The position numbers were made by a program, and so were the translations under genes. Of a stretch of 64,000 nucleotides of DNA, positions 1-13,231 are shown piece after piece. A model generated the notes under the pieces. That model was not told the origin of the DNA. It saw only the letters and a list, made by a program, of their open reading frames with translations, and ran no database searches. The DNA comes from Podarcis bocagei (taxonomy: Eukaryota): NCBI GenBank assembly GCA_964188305.1, contig OZ076894.1; one strand, given 5' to 3'. The stretch's first letter is position 1. Each line of letters opens with the position of its first letter.

Positions 1-1031
1 CCACAGACACTGGTTAAGTATGATAGGGTCAGAGACAGACTTTGGTAATATGGCATCCTGAATGAGGACAAAATGTTGTGTGTTCCCTAAATATCTCTTA
101 TTTTCATGCCCTCCTCCCTCTCGCTTTCTATTCTATGCATGCTCTCAAGGGCAGTACAGGATATTTTGTACTCCCTTGGCTCCGTGCCTTGTGAGGAGGA
201 ACTGCTTGCACCGCCCTAAATCTGGTGCTGACGGGAGTTGTAGTCCTCCAACATCTGGAGAGCTGTAGGTTCCCCAGCCTTGATGTGCAAGATCCAGGTG
301 TAGGATGCTGAGCTTCCAAGATCACTGGGTGTAAGATGCTGGTCGCCCAAGAATTTCATCTGTGACCAGAATGATTATACAGCAAAGTTGTACAAGATGA
401 ATGAAAGGGATCTGAGATTTTTTGAGGGTTATTTTTTAAATCTGTCCTTGATTAAACAGTTATAAATGCAATTCTCATTGACCTTAATTATTCCCCCCAA
501 TTAAAAGCTATTTATGTAAGAGAGCAGATTGTTCTCATTATACCCTGGTTGAGCTCATATTCCCATTATTCGAGAACACATCTTAAAATAACACTCATCC
601 ATTTACCAAGACAGGAATTTATAATCCAGGTACACCATGTGGGCCTCAGTAAACAAAAAAGAACACAGCCAGAGCGCTCTCTCTCTCTCTCCAAGCTCTT
701 TAGTGCTAATGCACTGCCTAGTAAATGTGTCAGGCTGGAAAATGCTGACTCCCAATGTCAAGGCTGGATAAAAAATAGATCTGTCCTTTGGAAAGCGTTG
801 AAACTTGCTTTCAGGGACCAAAGAATGGATCCTGCAGACATGCAAGATTGGAGCGTGGAGAGAAGTTTATTTTTCACTCTAGATTGTATTGTCAGGGAGC
901 ACAGCTGTGTTTCTGCTGAATTGTCTTTTTAAATCACCCCCTCCCCTGTGCTTTGGTTTTTAATTGAGATGGGTGGGTTCCCCCCCTCCTCTTCTAGATC
1001 ATATACCTGAGGTCAGGTTTAAAGTGATATA

Positions 1032-1525
1032 TCGCATTTTTCGTTCTATAGGACGCACCGGACCATAGAACGCACCTTGTTTTAGAGGGGGAGAACAAGA
1101 AAAAAAAATCCGCCCCTCTCTGCTCAGTGCCCCTTCAGCGAAGCAGCAGGAGAAACGAAGCCCCTTCCATTTCTCCTCCCTCTTGGCTGAAGGGGCGCTG
1201 CGCAGCTCTCCCTCTCTGCTGAAGTCAGGAGAGTCTTGCTCTCCTGGCTTCAGTGAAAGGAACCTGAAGCCTGCAGAGCACAGCAGGAACTCCGAAGGCT
1301 TTAGGCGGCTATCCCTCTCGCTCTCTGACCCCTCTCGCTCTCTAGGCTTCAGCAAAAGCAATGCAAAGCCTCCGGAGTGCAGCAGGAGCGCTCCCACTGC
1401 ACTTCGGAGGCTTCACGTTGCTATTGCTGAAGCCAAGGAGCCTGCATTCTCTCTATAGGACGCACACACATTTCCCCTTAATTTTTGGAGGGGAAAAAGT
1501 GTGTCCTATAAAGCAAAAACTACAA
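1032..1525. mobile_element. Tc2-type (TcMar) MITE, degenerate termini
   Basis: Ends tcgcatttttcgttctataggacgcac...gtgtcctataaagcaaaaactacaa flanked by TA; interior closely matches the 8872-9819 copy. Confidence 0.8.
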
Positions 1526-1718
1526 TAGTTGATAAGGAGGATGTGTGGGAACCACTTTGTTGGATGGTACATTTTTGGTGGCTATAGTTACATGCCCAGA
1601 TTGCTATTATCACAGGGCGCTTGTAACCACATAGTTTGATAGCTGATCATATTTGCCAAGAGGAAAAGGAAATACTGTCACGTCTTTGCTTCTTCAGCTT
1701 AATGATCAAGTGTAGTTG

Positions 1719-1722
<4 letters not shown>

Positions 1723-1765
<43 letters not shown>

Positions 1766-1770
1766 AATGA
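1723..1770. repeat. (GAT)n microsatellite
   Basis: Direct reading of ~14 GAT units. Confidence 0.95.
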
Positions 1771-2309
1771 TAAAATAATCAGATTCTTACCACTTGGCAG
1801 GATGACATAGCTGGCAAATATGTCAGGTGGTTACAGGAACACCATGGTAAGTCACCACTCACTGAACATCTAGCCTACTTCTGAGCTTCCCATTGCCATG
1901 AGTTTGGCCACTGTGGGAGCAGAATGCTGGACTAGATGTGTCTGATCCAGCAGGGCTTATCACATACTCCTGTGTTCTCCTTATGTGTTATACAAGCTCA
2001 TATGCTTGGATAATAGCTATTTGTGGACCGAGCTCCCTAAATGCACGCCTGGTTGGCGTGGTTGGCATTGCTTCTGCAGTTGCTCTTGCATCACTCCCAG
2101 GAATGTGTTTGAAAGCTTCTGCCCATGTAGTTGGTTGGCTTTTCTGCCACGAAAGGTTAACTGCATGGAGGAAGTTTTTAGAAGTTCCTGAGAATGATGT
2201 GGCAGAAACAGTGATGGTGTATTAGTGGCGGGGGAGAGGTAGAGAAACACTGCCTTTCATATTTTGGTTTTGTGATTGTCTGAAGAGGGCTTCTTCTGAA
2301 ACTCTCTGG

Positions 2310-2590
2310 TATATTTATTTATTTCATAAAATTTATACACTGTTTGATTGCAACCCCCCCAAAAAACCCCCAAACCCTCAAAGAAGTTTACAAAATAAAA
2401 TAAAATAATTGGCACAAGCAGTTTAAAAGAACTATTTAAAACTTTCAAAGAAATCAGAAATAAACTAAAAGCATATTAAAACACACATCAGCACTCTACA
2501 TATCTGGGTAGGCTTGTCTAAAGAAAAGCATTTTTAGTAGGTGCCAAAGAGAAAATAGTGAAGCCTGGTGTCAATAGGAAGGGAGTTCCA

Positions 2591-2592
<2 letters not shown>
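2310..2592 (-). mobile_element. L2-type LINE 3' end fragment
   Basis: Reverse complement is similar to 22540-22780 (ggaactcc...aagcggtgtataaattt...aaataaa tail). Confidence 0.6.

Positions 2593-2630
<38 letters not shown>
2593..2630. repeat. (GT)n microsatellite
   Basis: Direct reading. Confidence 0.95.
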
Positions 2631-2632
<2 letters not shown>

Positions 2633-4592
2633 CAGCAATAGCAGCAGCACTGGATCTCTCTACCGCTACTACCACCTCAGTTAATATGGATGACTTTGAC
2701 TGGAAAAGTCATCCATTTCTCTACATTAGAATTGCTATTTGACAGATAGGTTACAACTGTTACATTGAGTATATAACATCATCCATTTTTTCCTGGTACA
2801 TTCCTGACTTAGCTGTAGTGGGACAGTAGATGGCACTGTTTGTCTCACTCTCAACTACTTCTGTACTTTCAGCGTATACATACGGCACAAGCTTACATTA
2901 TAGCAGACTGTGAATTATAAGTGCAAATGGATTGCAACCATGGTACAGAAATAAGGGTGGGAGGCTACATTCACCGCAACGCTGACCTTTCTGTATTAGC
3001 ATAGGAACCGTGATGGCAGAATGCAATATCCTAAAGGCTTGGATGCCTTTATCACTTTGATCTCAGTTCTGGCAGTGGGCACTAGATGCATCTGTGATGT
3101 AACAGTGAGCAATGACCCAATATAATGGTATGGTAAATAATTTCATTTAAGCACTAGTGCAGCCAGTGCTTGTGGGGAACATCTGGCCCTCCAGATTTTG
3201 CTCAACTCCAACTCCCATCACTCTTAGCAAGCATGGCCAATAGACAGGGATCATGGGAGCTATTGGTCGGCAGCTCCTGACATCTAAAGCTTCCCCACAC
3301 CAGTCCTACAGTATATTTTAAAGGCAGCAAGGCACACATTTTTCTTAGGCAAAAAATGGAAGTTGGGACTCAAACCAGAGTCCTGATAAAGGTAGCAAAC
3401 AGGGCTTTTCATCAGCTGGAACTTGCCGGAACTCAGTTCTGGCACCTCTCAGGTGGGTGCCATCGCCATTACAAGAGAACAAAGGAGACAGTCATGTTGA
3501 GTTCTGGCTCCTCTTTTTCTAGAAAAATACCACTGGTAGCAAGCATCTCTGTTGTTAAAGGAAGCATACACAAATGGCCTATAATGACTAGGAAATGACT
3601 GGAGACCCCTCTAGGAAAGGGATGGCTAACCTTTTTCAAGCCAAAGGCTGCACTACCCTTTGAACTCTCTGCAGGGTCACATGTCAAAAGGGGCATTGCA
3701 GTTTCCAGACCCTCAGGGCTGACCTTAAGTCTCCAGGTTTGCCTGACCCCCCCCCCAGGTGGTGGTGGGGCCTGAAGTTTCAGGTGGGTGAGAGAACCTT
3801 AAAAAAGGTTATATGGGCCTGTCCATATAAGCCCTGCCATGGGACACTAAAACATCTGGAGAATGAGGAGGGGACAGAGGGTGAAGAAAGGGTTGTGAGT
3901 GAAGGGTAGTCATCTCCCTATCCTTTGGTCCCCCTGGGAAACTCAACAAACCTGTTGTACCTGGCACTGGATGTGGAGAGTAAAGCTGAATGGGACACAG
4001 CTATGGGCAGCCTGAGGAAGTACCACCCACCTTGGGCCTGACCATAAAAAGCAAGTCTAGAGTGAGAGACTAGGGTGGTGCCTGCTGTTTCTGGGAACGC
4101 TCCTTGTGAAGCTTTTGTGGGTGAGCTGAGAGTTTGTTTGGACCCTGGGTGAGAGCCCTGAGACTGAGGGGAAGGGTGTATCAGAAGGAAATGAACTGAT
4201 ATTGATTTATATATATAGTAACAGAGAAGCTGATAGACAGACATACAGTAGTTGTGGGGAAGGGTCTTATGTACATGTCTATAAACTCAAATTGCTGCTG
4301 TTTGGAGATGTCATCACAGAGAAGATGCTTAGAGAAGACCAAGACCTGTTTTGTGAACCAAAATGGATTGTGCCATCTGGCTTTAGAGGGAAGTAAGTGA
4401 AATAATTCTCTAAATTTCTGATCAAAATTCCCTAAAATGATCCACACCACAATCCTAAACAACTTTACTCAGAAGTAAGGCCTATTGTTTTCAATGGGAC
4501 CTATTCTCTCAAGGAAGTGTGCATAGGATTGCACACTAATTACTAAGCATTTCCCTATTTTCCTGTTCTACGCCAATCTGAGTAGATCATAC

Positions 4593-4658
4593 CTGACATC
4601 CAGCTTGGAATTTTTCTGGTGAGATCCAGTCTTCCAGCATTCTGAGAATCGATGCTCC
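4593..4658 (-). CDS. ENPEP: ENPEP exon 8 (66 nt)
   Basis: tcttag|GGA...CAG|gtatga; encodes GASILRMLEDWISPEKFQAGCQ, continuing YSK-G in phase 0. Confidence 0.96.
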
Positions 4659-5928
4659 CTAAGAAAGCAGAGATTGGGATTATCAGCAATTATCAGTTGA
4701 TACTATACCAGTATCAATCAAGCCATGTTCTTGAAACTTGAAAAAGTCTGACTGACTGAGCAAAATACATGGATAAAAGATTGATTCTCTTATTTATGCA
4801 TAGCACAGCAATATATCATTCATATTTTTAATGCCTTACATTTATGAACTGCTCTCCTTAGCCCATAGCCTTCCTCCTTACTGTGTGAGAGTCAACACAA
4901 CCCAGAATGAACCAAAAACCACAGAGCACAAGAAGTAGGCACAAATCACCCAGTTTCAGCCATAAGCAATTCATAGTGGTTTGTCTGCATCTTACCTTAA
5001 ATGCCGCCTGTGTTAAGGCAGATGGCTTGGTAGCAAAGGAAGCCCTACCCTTCTGCCTCAAATAGCTCTGCCTGCGACTTTGTTTGTTTTCTGTGGATTT
5101 AAGAGATCCTGCCTGCAGATGCTTTTCAAAATGTTTAGCCACTTCTGACAACACTAACAAAAGCCAAAGTTCTCAGAAATTCTAGTCTGAAGAAGATTCC
5201 AGCCCCATACAACACTACATACCTACGTATACAAGGAAGCAGTGTGAGCGCTTAAGTTTGCATGTGAGGTTGTTGTTGTTGCTTTTAAAAAAGATTCCTA
5301 AGTGAAGACATTCTCTAGCAAACATGAGCCAGGTTCACATGGCATGCTGACCTTCTGCATTTGTGTTCAAGTAAGGCCCAGTTCACATAACCCTTTGGCT
5401 TATGGCCATTTGCTTGTTCTCCACACCCTTGCTTGTGGCAATCTGATTGGGAAAAAGAGCTGTATGTTGGGATGGACGGATCTGTCAGTTTCAGTTACTC
5501 TCAGTTTCTCTCTCAGTTGTAAGTTCACTTTTCCACATTTCCACATCAGTTTGCTTTTTTTAAAACACACACACACACACACACACACACAAATTCATTA
5601 GTGCAAATTTCTCCTAACATATACATTTGTGTATGATATTTTTCCTGTATGTACACATTTTCTACTACAATGCAGAATTCCAGGTCTGTTCATGTAGATG
5701 TAACTCCAAATTTCCCTGCTCTTGACCATCTGGATATTAAAAGAAGCCACCTTTTCCACTTGTCCTAGTATCTTCTGCATTGAAGCCAAAGCACATTGTC
5801 AGAAGATGCTATAAAACCAACTTCTTTCAAGCTTCATCTCCTGAAGAGCGACATATCAACTCAAACACTATTGACTTTGTGTCTGCCTTCTTGACATTGT
5901 ATCAAAGAGAAGACAAGTTCTTCCTTAC

Positions 5929-6063
5929 TTTGCTGTAGGATATGCCATCAAACACAGAGGTTATTTCATCAGGAGAAGACACATTCACTACAATAGCATG
6001 GGAGGAAATCAAAGAGTCCTCCTTCAGAACAGGGAACAGATCCTCAATCAAAATTTGGTCCAT
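5929..6063 (-). CDS. ENPEP: ENPEP exon 7 (135 nt), catalytic Tyr region
   Basis: ttacag|ATG...AAA|gtaagg; encodes MDQILIEDLFPVLKEDSLISSHAIVVNVSSPDEITSVFDGISYSK. Confidence 0.97.
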
Positions 6064-6760
6064 CTGTAAAGAAAAATGAAGGGAAAATGGAGCAAAATAC
6101 ACTGAATAAGATTACAAGAAATGATTATGCCTCTCTGTTTAATATTTCTACTGGTCTGTCATCATGTTGCGATGACAATCTGAACCTCGAGGGGTGAAAG
6201 AGGCACACAGATTGAGCCAAGACTTGGAAAGTGGCTCTTGTAGGACTCTACCTCAGAGTCTGTATGGATAATCTTGGGAAGAGAAGGACAGGAAGGGGAG
6301 GTGCCTCCATAACCCCTGGTGAGCTCTCCTCCCTCCCTCCGTTTCTTTCTCCCTGGCACTGAGGGAAGCTTTTTCTGACTGGAGTGGGGAAAATAGGGAG
6401 GGATAGGAAGAGATATGTTGTTTTCCTTCTGCTGGAAAACTGTAGATTGGAGAGAGGATGGTCTGCAGGCTAGGGGAGAGTTTGTGGCCCTTTGTGAGGA
6501 AGAACTTAGTGGTCTTGGGGAAGGAAATATGAAAAAGACATGGTCATAGTGGGTGGTTTGGTAGCACGCCATGGCTTAAAAACAAACAAACATGCTTTAT
6601 TCTACACTATACCTGTGACTTGTTTTGAGTTTTTGATAAAACATTTCCCCCCATGTTATCAGTCCAAAAAATTCTACATAAATCAGTAATAATAATGCCT
6701 CTGCTCCACACCACAATATAAGCACGTAATATAATGTAATGTAAGAAAGTTAATATTTAC

Positions 6761-6874
6761 CATTTGCCAATCTCCTTCTGTAGCATTGACCCCCAGAAAT
6801 TCAAAGAAGCTGGCAAATCCTTCATTCAGCCACAAGTCTTCCCACCAGTCCATGGTCACAATGTTCCCAAACCA
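6761..6874 (-). CDS. ENPEP: ENPEP exon 6 (114 nt), third zinc ligand Glu
   Basis: ttgtag|TGG...ATG|gtaaat; encodes WFGNIVTMDWWEDLWLNEGFASFFEFLGVNATEGDWQM. Missed by the ORF track. Confidence 0.98.
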
Positions 6875-7988
6875 CTACAATGGGAAGCAGGGGGAGGGAG
6901 GGGAGAAGCGTTATTTATACAGGTTATAGCTCTATGGTAACTTAGCAAATATTTACATGATACAGCTATTGTGCAGATCTTGCTGTGTCAAAATTAATAG
7001 ATGAAAGGGTTCCTTATATGGAGATATGCTGTCCACTTCACTGAAGACTTTTAGGCACCAGCTTAAAACAGATATGTTAATGGAGGCATTGGGGTATTGG
7101 ATATTTTTGAGACCATTGCTGAACTGTTCTGTTGAGCTCTTTTTACAGAGTTTTAATATAATTATGTCTGTATTTTATCTGCTCTGTTTATATTTTGTTT
7201 GTTAGGACCCTGACGTCCTATGGGATGAAGGGTGGTTGAGAAAAATAACTAATAAATAAATGATTAAATAAATGTTATTTTCACCAATGCATGCATTTTA
7301 CAGTATGTAGACTTTCCCCCAAATACATTTTGGTACACATCAGTTCAAGAACTGTATCCAAAATTTGGAGAAGTGTGAATTTCACAGGATAGCTGTGTGA
7401 CACTTCGCTTATTGGTTCTAGAAGTGTGAATTAGGCAGTTGCTCATTAAAATGCAATCAAAACTGAACTCTGGCTCAATATCCCTGCACAAAGCTCTGTC
7501 TACTATCATCTTCCTATCTGCAGCCCCAGCACACACCACCTGAGGCACCCAGCTTCACTCTGCCTAATAGTAGGGCTAGCTCTAGGGTGAACTAATTCAA
7601 CTGATGCATGAGATGTTGCTCACATCACTGTGGCATTGTTTCCTTTCTCTTCCACTTTCCCATGGGAGAAGATTGCTACTGCAATTTATCATGATTTGTA
7701 GCAGCAAAAATGGGTGTGGTCTCACTACAGCTTTGTGTTGTAGTAGCCCCTAACAGTAAATCTCCAGCAAATGAAGTGCTGTTGATACAGGATGAAAATG
7801 AGACAAAACCATCATCTGAAATATGTTTCAGTACTTCAAAGCTTTAAAAAGAATCCACTTATTTTGCAGCTGAAAAGAAAGCAGAAAAATCTGACAGAAT
7901 AAAATAGATGGCATAAGTGAATCATTATTTCCTTGACTAAAATATTAACATTTGATGACTTTGTGATAAGATGCTATGTAAGCTGTAC

Positions 7989-8143
7989 CTGGTGAACAAG
8001 TTCATGGGCAACCACAGCCGCTACTCTTTGCTTGTTTGAAGCAGCAGATTCATTTGGATCATAAAGAAGATTAGTTTCTCTGTAAGTGATCAAACCCCAG
8101 TTCTCCATGGCCCCAGTGCCAAAATCTGGAATGGCTATTTTGT
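7989..8143 (-). CDS. ENPEP: ENPEP exon 5 (155 nt), GAMEN and HEXXH motifs
   Basis: atctag|AC AAA...CAG|gtacag; encodes (D)[51 protein letters not shown]. Confidence 0.98.
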
Positions 8144-8871
8144 CTAGATAGAAAAAGAGAGACATTTACCATGAGTGTTCAAGCTCATTTATCTTATTCA
8201 AGTCACAGAACTGCTGCATCTAACAGAAATACTTCAGCTTGTTGCTTGTGCTCCCTGCAACTCTGAAATGCATAAGGTCCTGGAATTCAACCCCCCCAGA
8301 GATGCTGCAAGTCAGTATAGGCAATGGTGAACCCTTGGTCTGACTCAGCAGAACATTCAACATGTGTCTGGACTGCTGAAATGCCAGGTTGATGCTGGTG
8401 AACCAGGTTCTTCCGCTCCCAATTTCACATTCCCCCTTATGACAGCATGGGTGCAACTATGCTTAACATTTTGGAGAGCTTATGAAATCAAATAGGTGTG
8501 GACATGTGGAGCTTGATTTGTGGACCTTGAGTCATGGTATTTGCAGGACAGCCCCTGGCTGTATGCATCTACGTGTTCATCTTTCCACTGGAATGTATCC
8601 AATGGGAAGAGCCAGGGAAGGAGAGACAGTGAGATAAGGAGGCACTAACATCGGGAGGAAAGAAGGCAAGAAGATTAGGAGTCCTCCATTGACACCTATT
8701 GACTAGGTACAGTATGTGTACAAATTGTTGCAATCATAGAACTGAAGAATTGGAAGGGATATTGGAAAACATTTAGTCCACCACCACCTTGATCAACACA
8801 GGATTCACACTGCAGCATCCCTGGCAGATGGCTGTCCAATCTCTGCTGAAATATATTCAATGAAAGATGTA

Positions 8872-9819
8872 CCGTATTTTTCGCTCTATAGGACGCACCC
8901 AACCATAGGATGCACCTTGTTTTAGAGGGGGAGAACAAGGAATTTTTTTAAAAAAAAAAAACTCCCCCTCTCTGCTCAGCACCCCTTCAGCAAAGCAGCA
9001 GGAGAAATGGAGCCCCTTCCATTTCTCCCGCTTCACTGAAGGAGCACTGTGCAGCTCTCCCTCTCTGCTGAAGCCAGGAGAGTCTTGCTCTCCCAGCTTC
9101 CACAAAAGGAACCCGAAGCCTTTGGAGCGCAGCGCGAGGTCCCGCTGAGCTCCAAAGGCTTCAGGGATAGCCACCTGAAGTCTCTGGAGTGCAGCGGGAA
9201 CTCACGCTATGCTCCAAAGGCTTCGGGTTCCTTTCGCTGAAGCCACGAGAGCCAGTGTGGTGTAGTGGTTAAGAGCGGTAGTCACGTAATCTGAGGAACC
9301 GGGTTTGCGACTCCGCTCCTCCACATGCAGCTGCTGGGTGACCTTGGGCCAGTCACACTTCTTTGAAGTCTCTCAGCCCCACTCACCTCACAGAGTGTTT
9401 GTTGTGGCGGAGGAAGGGAAAGGAGAATGTTAGCCGCTTTGAGACTCCTTAAAGGGAGTGAAAGGCGGGATATCAAATCCAAACTCTTCTTCTTCTTCTT
9501 GCTTTCCCGGCTTCAGCAAAAGGAACCCGAAGCCTTCGGGAACCCGAGTTCCCACTGCACTCCAAAGGCTTCAGGTGGCTATCCCTGAAGCCTGGAGAGC
9601 GAGAGGGGTCGGTGCGCACCAACCCCTCTCGCTCTACAGTCTTCAGCGAAAGCAACGCGAAGCCTCCTGAGCGCGGAGGGAGCGCTCCCTTTGAGCTTCG
9701 GAGGCTTCGTGTTGCTATCGTTGAAGCCAAGGAGCCTACATTCACTCCATAGGATGCACACACATTTCCCCTTAATTTTTGGAGGGGAAAAAGTGCGTCC
9801 TATAGAGCGAAAAATACGG
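8872..9819. mobile_element. Tc2-type (TcMar) MITE carrying a SINE insertion
   Basis: Perfect TIRs CCGTATTTTTCGCTCTATAGGACGCAC / GTGCGTCCTATAGAGCGAAAAATACGG; TA on both sides (8870-71, 9820-21). Confidence 0.92.
9247..9500 (+). mobile_element. tRNA-derived SINE, Squam3-like with (CTT)n tail
   Basis: Head gagagccagtgtggtgtagtggttaagagc (Pol III box A), CORE-like gggtgaccttgggccagtcac, tail aaactcttcttcttc. Near-identical copies at 20349 and 63793. Confidence 0.85.
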
Positions 9820-10969
9820 TACTCCTGAGGTGCCAGCCAAAATTGAAGCTTGCCTGGTCAGTACAGAGTCCTGGGTGAAATATCTCAGCTGGCTTCCTCC
9901 TACTCCTTCTTCAGACCTGTACCTATTTTCCTCAGCCAAACAAAGGGTAATGTAGAAGAGAAGGGAGCTATGCCAGGTACATGTCCTACCAGCAATGTAA
10001 GCTGGATGAAACCAAAGACCCATCTAGTCCAACATTATGTACCATAAGTGGCCAACCAGATGCCTCTGGGAAGGCCATAAGCAGTACAGGTGTGCAGTAA
10101 CTCTCTCCCACTTGTCTTCCACAGAAAATAGGCTCCAGAGGCAGTACACAGCCATCATGACTAGTAGTCGCTGATAGTCTTATCCTCTGTGACCCATCCA
10201 AGTTTGTGACCATCACTAGAATCTGTGAAAGTAATATGTGCTGTGTGAAGTAGTTCCTTTCATCTACCCTGAATCTCCAACCATTTACATAGGTATATTG
10301 GGTGAGCTTGGATTTGGGTATTATAAGAGAGGGGGAAACTTCTCTTTCTCCACTTTCTCCATACCTTGCAAAGCAACTGAACCACGATTGCCATTTTAAT
10401 GCCCATTCACCCAGTTTGGAGACATCCCTTTGGACCTCTTCCCAATCCCTCAGTAGGGCTCTTGGCAGGCTCTTCCCCTGCCACAGGGGATGCTTTCTGC
10501 TGCCTGATTGGTAATGCCAAACTAGTCTTTACAATGTCTTCCTGCAATTAGGTTGTAAAAGGATTTCGTAAATGGGACTAAGAAATATTTATTGGCAAAT
10601 TAAGTAAACTAAATCCCCATGTAATGAAGAACATCTGCTTCTACTCCCCACAACATGGAGGGTCATGTCTTCACGGCTGGCAATCAATACCAGCTTAAAT
10701 GAGAATTATGGACGCTAGGTTCCTCTGAGAGGCTAAACAGCCCCGCTACTTAGCCTCGCATAGAATTCAAATTGATTCTGAGATGGGCAATGCTAAAGCA
10801 TGACCCACCGGTTCAAAAGCCAGAAACCACTGCTTTCTGTTTAATTTTGGTCAAAATGGGTTTCATTTTGGGACTCTGAAGGGCAGCATGTTTATAATTG
10901 CAGTTCAACCTTTCTGAACCGCACTTCACCTTTGAGTAGTTTACCACCCACCATTGTTCAGATGGAAAT

Positions 10970-10971
<2 letters not shown>

Positions 10972-11013
<42 letters not shown>
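10972..11013. repeat. (CA)n microsatellite
   Basis: Direct reading. Confidence 0.95.
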
Positions 11014-11015
<2 letters not shown>

Positions 11016-12013
11016 CAGTCACTTCTGTCTGCAGAATAAAATGTATCTCAGGTGAGTATTAATAGATAGATCACAGCTCCTTTACTTGTGAACAGGAACA
11101 TAGTAAGTTGCCTTATAATAGGACATATGAGCATATGCAGAGTCTAATGGATCAGGCCAATGGCCCACCTAGTCCAGCATCCTGTTCCCACAGTGCTCAC
11201 CCAGATGCCTCAAAAGCATAAGAGAATTCTTCCCTTCTGTGGTTTCCTGCAGTTGGTATTCAGAAGCATTTCTAGCTCTAGCCATGGAGGCAGAGCACAG
11301 CCATTGTGGCTAGAAGCCATTACTGAGCCAGATTCATCTAGCTCAGTAACTGTGCACATTGGCTGGCAACAGCTCTCCAGGGTTTTTGGGGACGGTACAT
11401 TCTCACTCCTACTTGGAGATGCTAGGAACTGAATCCAGGACCTTTTGCATGCAAAGCAGACACTCTACCCCAGAGCTCCTGCCTTACAGAGCAATGGTCC
11501 CCTGAAATAGCTGAAGCAGGGGGAAATTCCAGAGGGCTCCATTGAAAATGCACACGTGATTTTGGCCTGTGTGTTGTTGTTGTATGCTCCAGTCTAGGCA
11601 ACGTAGGTTTTGCAATCGTGTGTGTGCAATATCACGAACACCGGGAGAGAGGGTCAGAGGGATTTGAAGACTTGTGTGAAAACTAGGGCGATGCAGCGGC
11701 TCTGGTCAAATACCAGATTCTGACTTGAATTGGGCTCATCGGACAACACAGGATTTGGCTAGAGTGGGCTGAGGCAACCCTGGATCCCCTTAGGTAGAGT
11801 CGGGTTGGCCTGGAGTGGTCTAGGGCTGCCTGGTGGCAAGGACTGGCAGGGGAGGAGATTCATGCAGGCAGTCAATGCATGTCTCTTGTCCTCTCCTGAC
11901 AGCATCTTTAATTAGGGGTTTTAGCCCTATTTATACACTGTGAAAGAACCCACACCCAAATCACTTTGGGACCTGGATCTGGGTGGTTCAGGGCTGCTCC
12001 AAAATGCCATAAA

Positions 12014-12359
12014 AAAGGTAAAGGGACCCCTGACCATTAGATCCAGTCGTGTCCGACTCTGGGGTTGCGGCGCTCATCTCGCTTTATTGGCAGAGGGAGC
12101 CGGCGTACAGCTTCCGGGTCATGTGGCCAGCATGACTAAGCCGCTTCTGGCGAACCAGAGCAGCGCATGGAAACACCGTTTACCGTCGGAGTGGTACCTA
12201 TTTATCTACTTGCACTTTGATGTGCTCTCGAACTGCTAGGTTGGCAGGAGCAGGGACCGAGCAACGGGAGCTCACCCCGTCGTGGGGATTTGAACCGCCG
12301 ACCTTCTGATCGGCAAGTCCTAGGCTCTGTGGTTTAACCCACAGCGCCACCCACATCCC
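12014..12359 (-). mobile_element. Sauria SINE, full length
   Basis: The minus strand begins gggatgtgggtggcgctgtgggttaaacc (box A), has box B ggttcaaatcc, the diagnostic gtgcaagtagataaataggtacc and an ACCTTT tail. Confidence 0.92.
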
Positions 12360-13231
12360 ATATTGGGTTGAGTAGGGCTGTGCACAGGTCTAGTTAAAAT
12401 ACCCTCAGTGGAGCAGCCATTGTCCCTCCTCAGGAGTGAACACATGCTCCAGGGATCTCTTAGGCAGGCTATTTGCAAGGTTTGGAGCCACAGTGGGCCT
12501 GTAATTTGCCTCTTGGGTCTGTATGACATTTCTCAAAGTTCATGTGGGGAATGGCACTACTCAGGCCAAAACCATCCTAAATAGGCACATCTGCTGCTTC
12601 CAACCAACCTTTCCATGTAGGGAAGACACACAAGTATAGTCAAAATAGAAGAAGTGCATCAACAGGAAAAGGACAACGGAGGGTACATGGAATTTGCCTA
12701 TTCTGATTAATATGTATAGAAGTAAATTTAATAGATATACAGCATAACTCAATCTGCTGCCTGGGTGCTGTTGGTGGGGCAACTTAAGCCACTGGCACTC
12801 ACTTCCTATGGTTTTTAAATCTTTGAACTAGACTTGGACTGGATGGCTTTTCAAATTGAGGACTGTCCTCTGTAACATTGCCAGTGTCAATTTGTGTTGT
12901 TTAGCAACTGATCATTGGTTTGTTATAAACCATAGTCCCATATTTGTACATAACACTAAGCCAAGGCTATTTGAAAGCAATATTCAACTGCAATCTTGAC
13001 AATTTGGTTGGGTTTGTGGAAAGTCATTGACTTAGTGCTAAACTATGTACAATATGCCCATTATAAGGCAGCTTCATCTGCCCGTCAAAGCATGCTAATA
13101 TACTGTTAAGGTGCAAGCACAGCAGCTAAACACCACTACTTCAAACATCATACTTCCTGTCAATTTTCAGGTGACTCAGTGACTGACAACAAAATCCTGA
13201 AAGCAAATGAACATCAATGTTAATTCGTTAC

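Noticed and set aside
1-4592. Search for ENPEP exons 9-10
   Set aside because: No segment encoding the expected NAKTxDFW or MDTWTRQMGYP motifs was found. They are probably outside the window, so this is not evidence of pseudogenisation.
9247-9330. tRNA-like sequences with Pol III boxes here and at other SINE heads
   Set aside because: They continue into SINE bodies and tails; they are not tRNA genes.
11578-12528. Possible minus-strand solo LTR hosting the 12014 Sauria SINE (TG..CA-like ends, TATAAATA)
   Set aside because: No TSD found and no second copy in the window, so boundaries are unsupported. The same applies to LTR-like stretches at ~3850-4190 and ~6165-6643.
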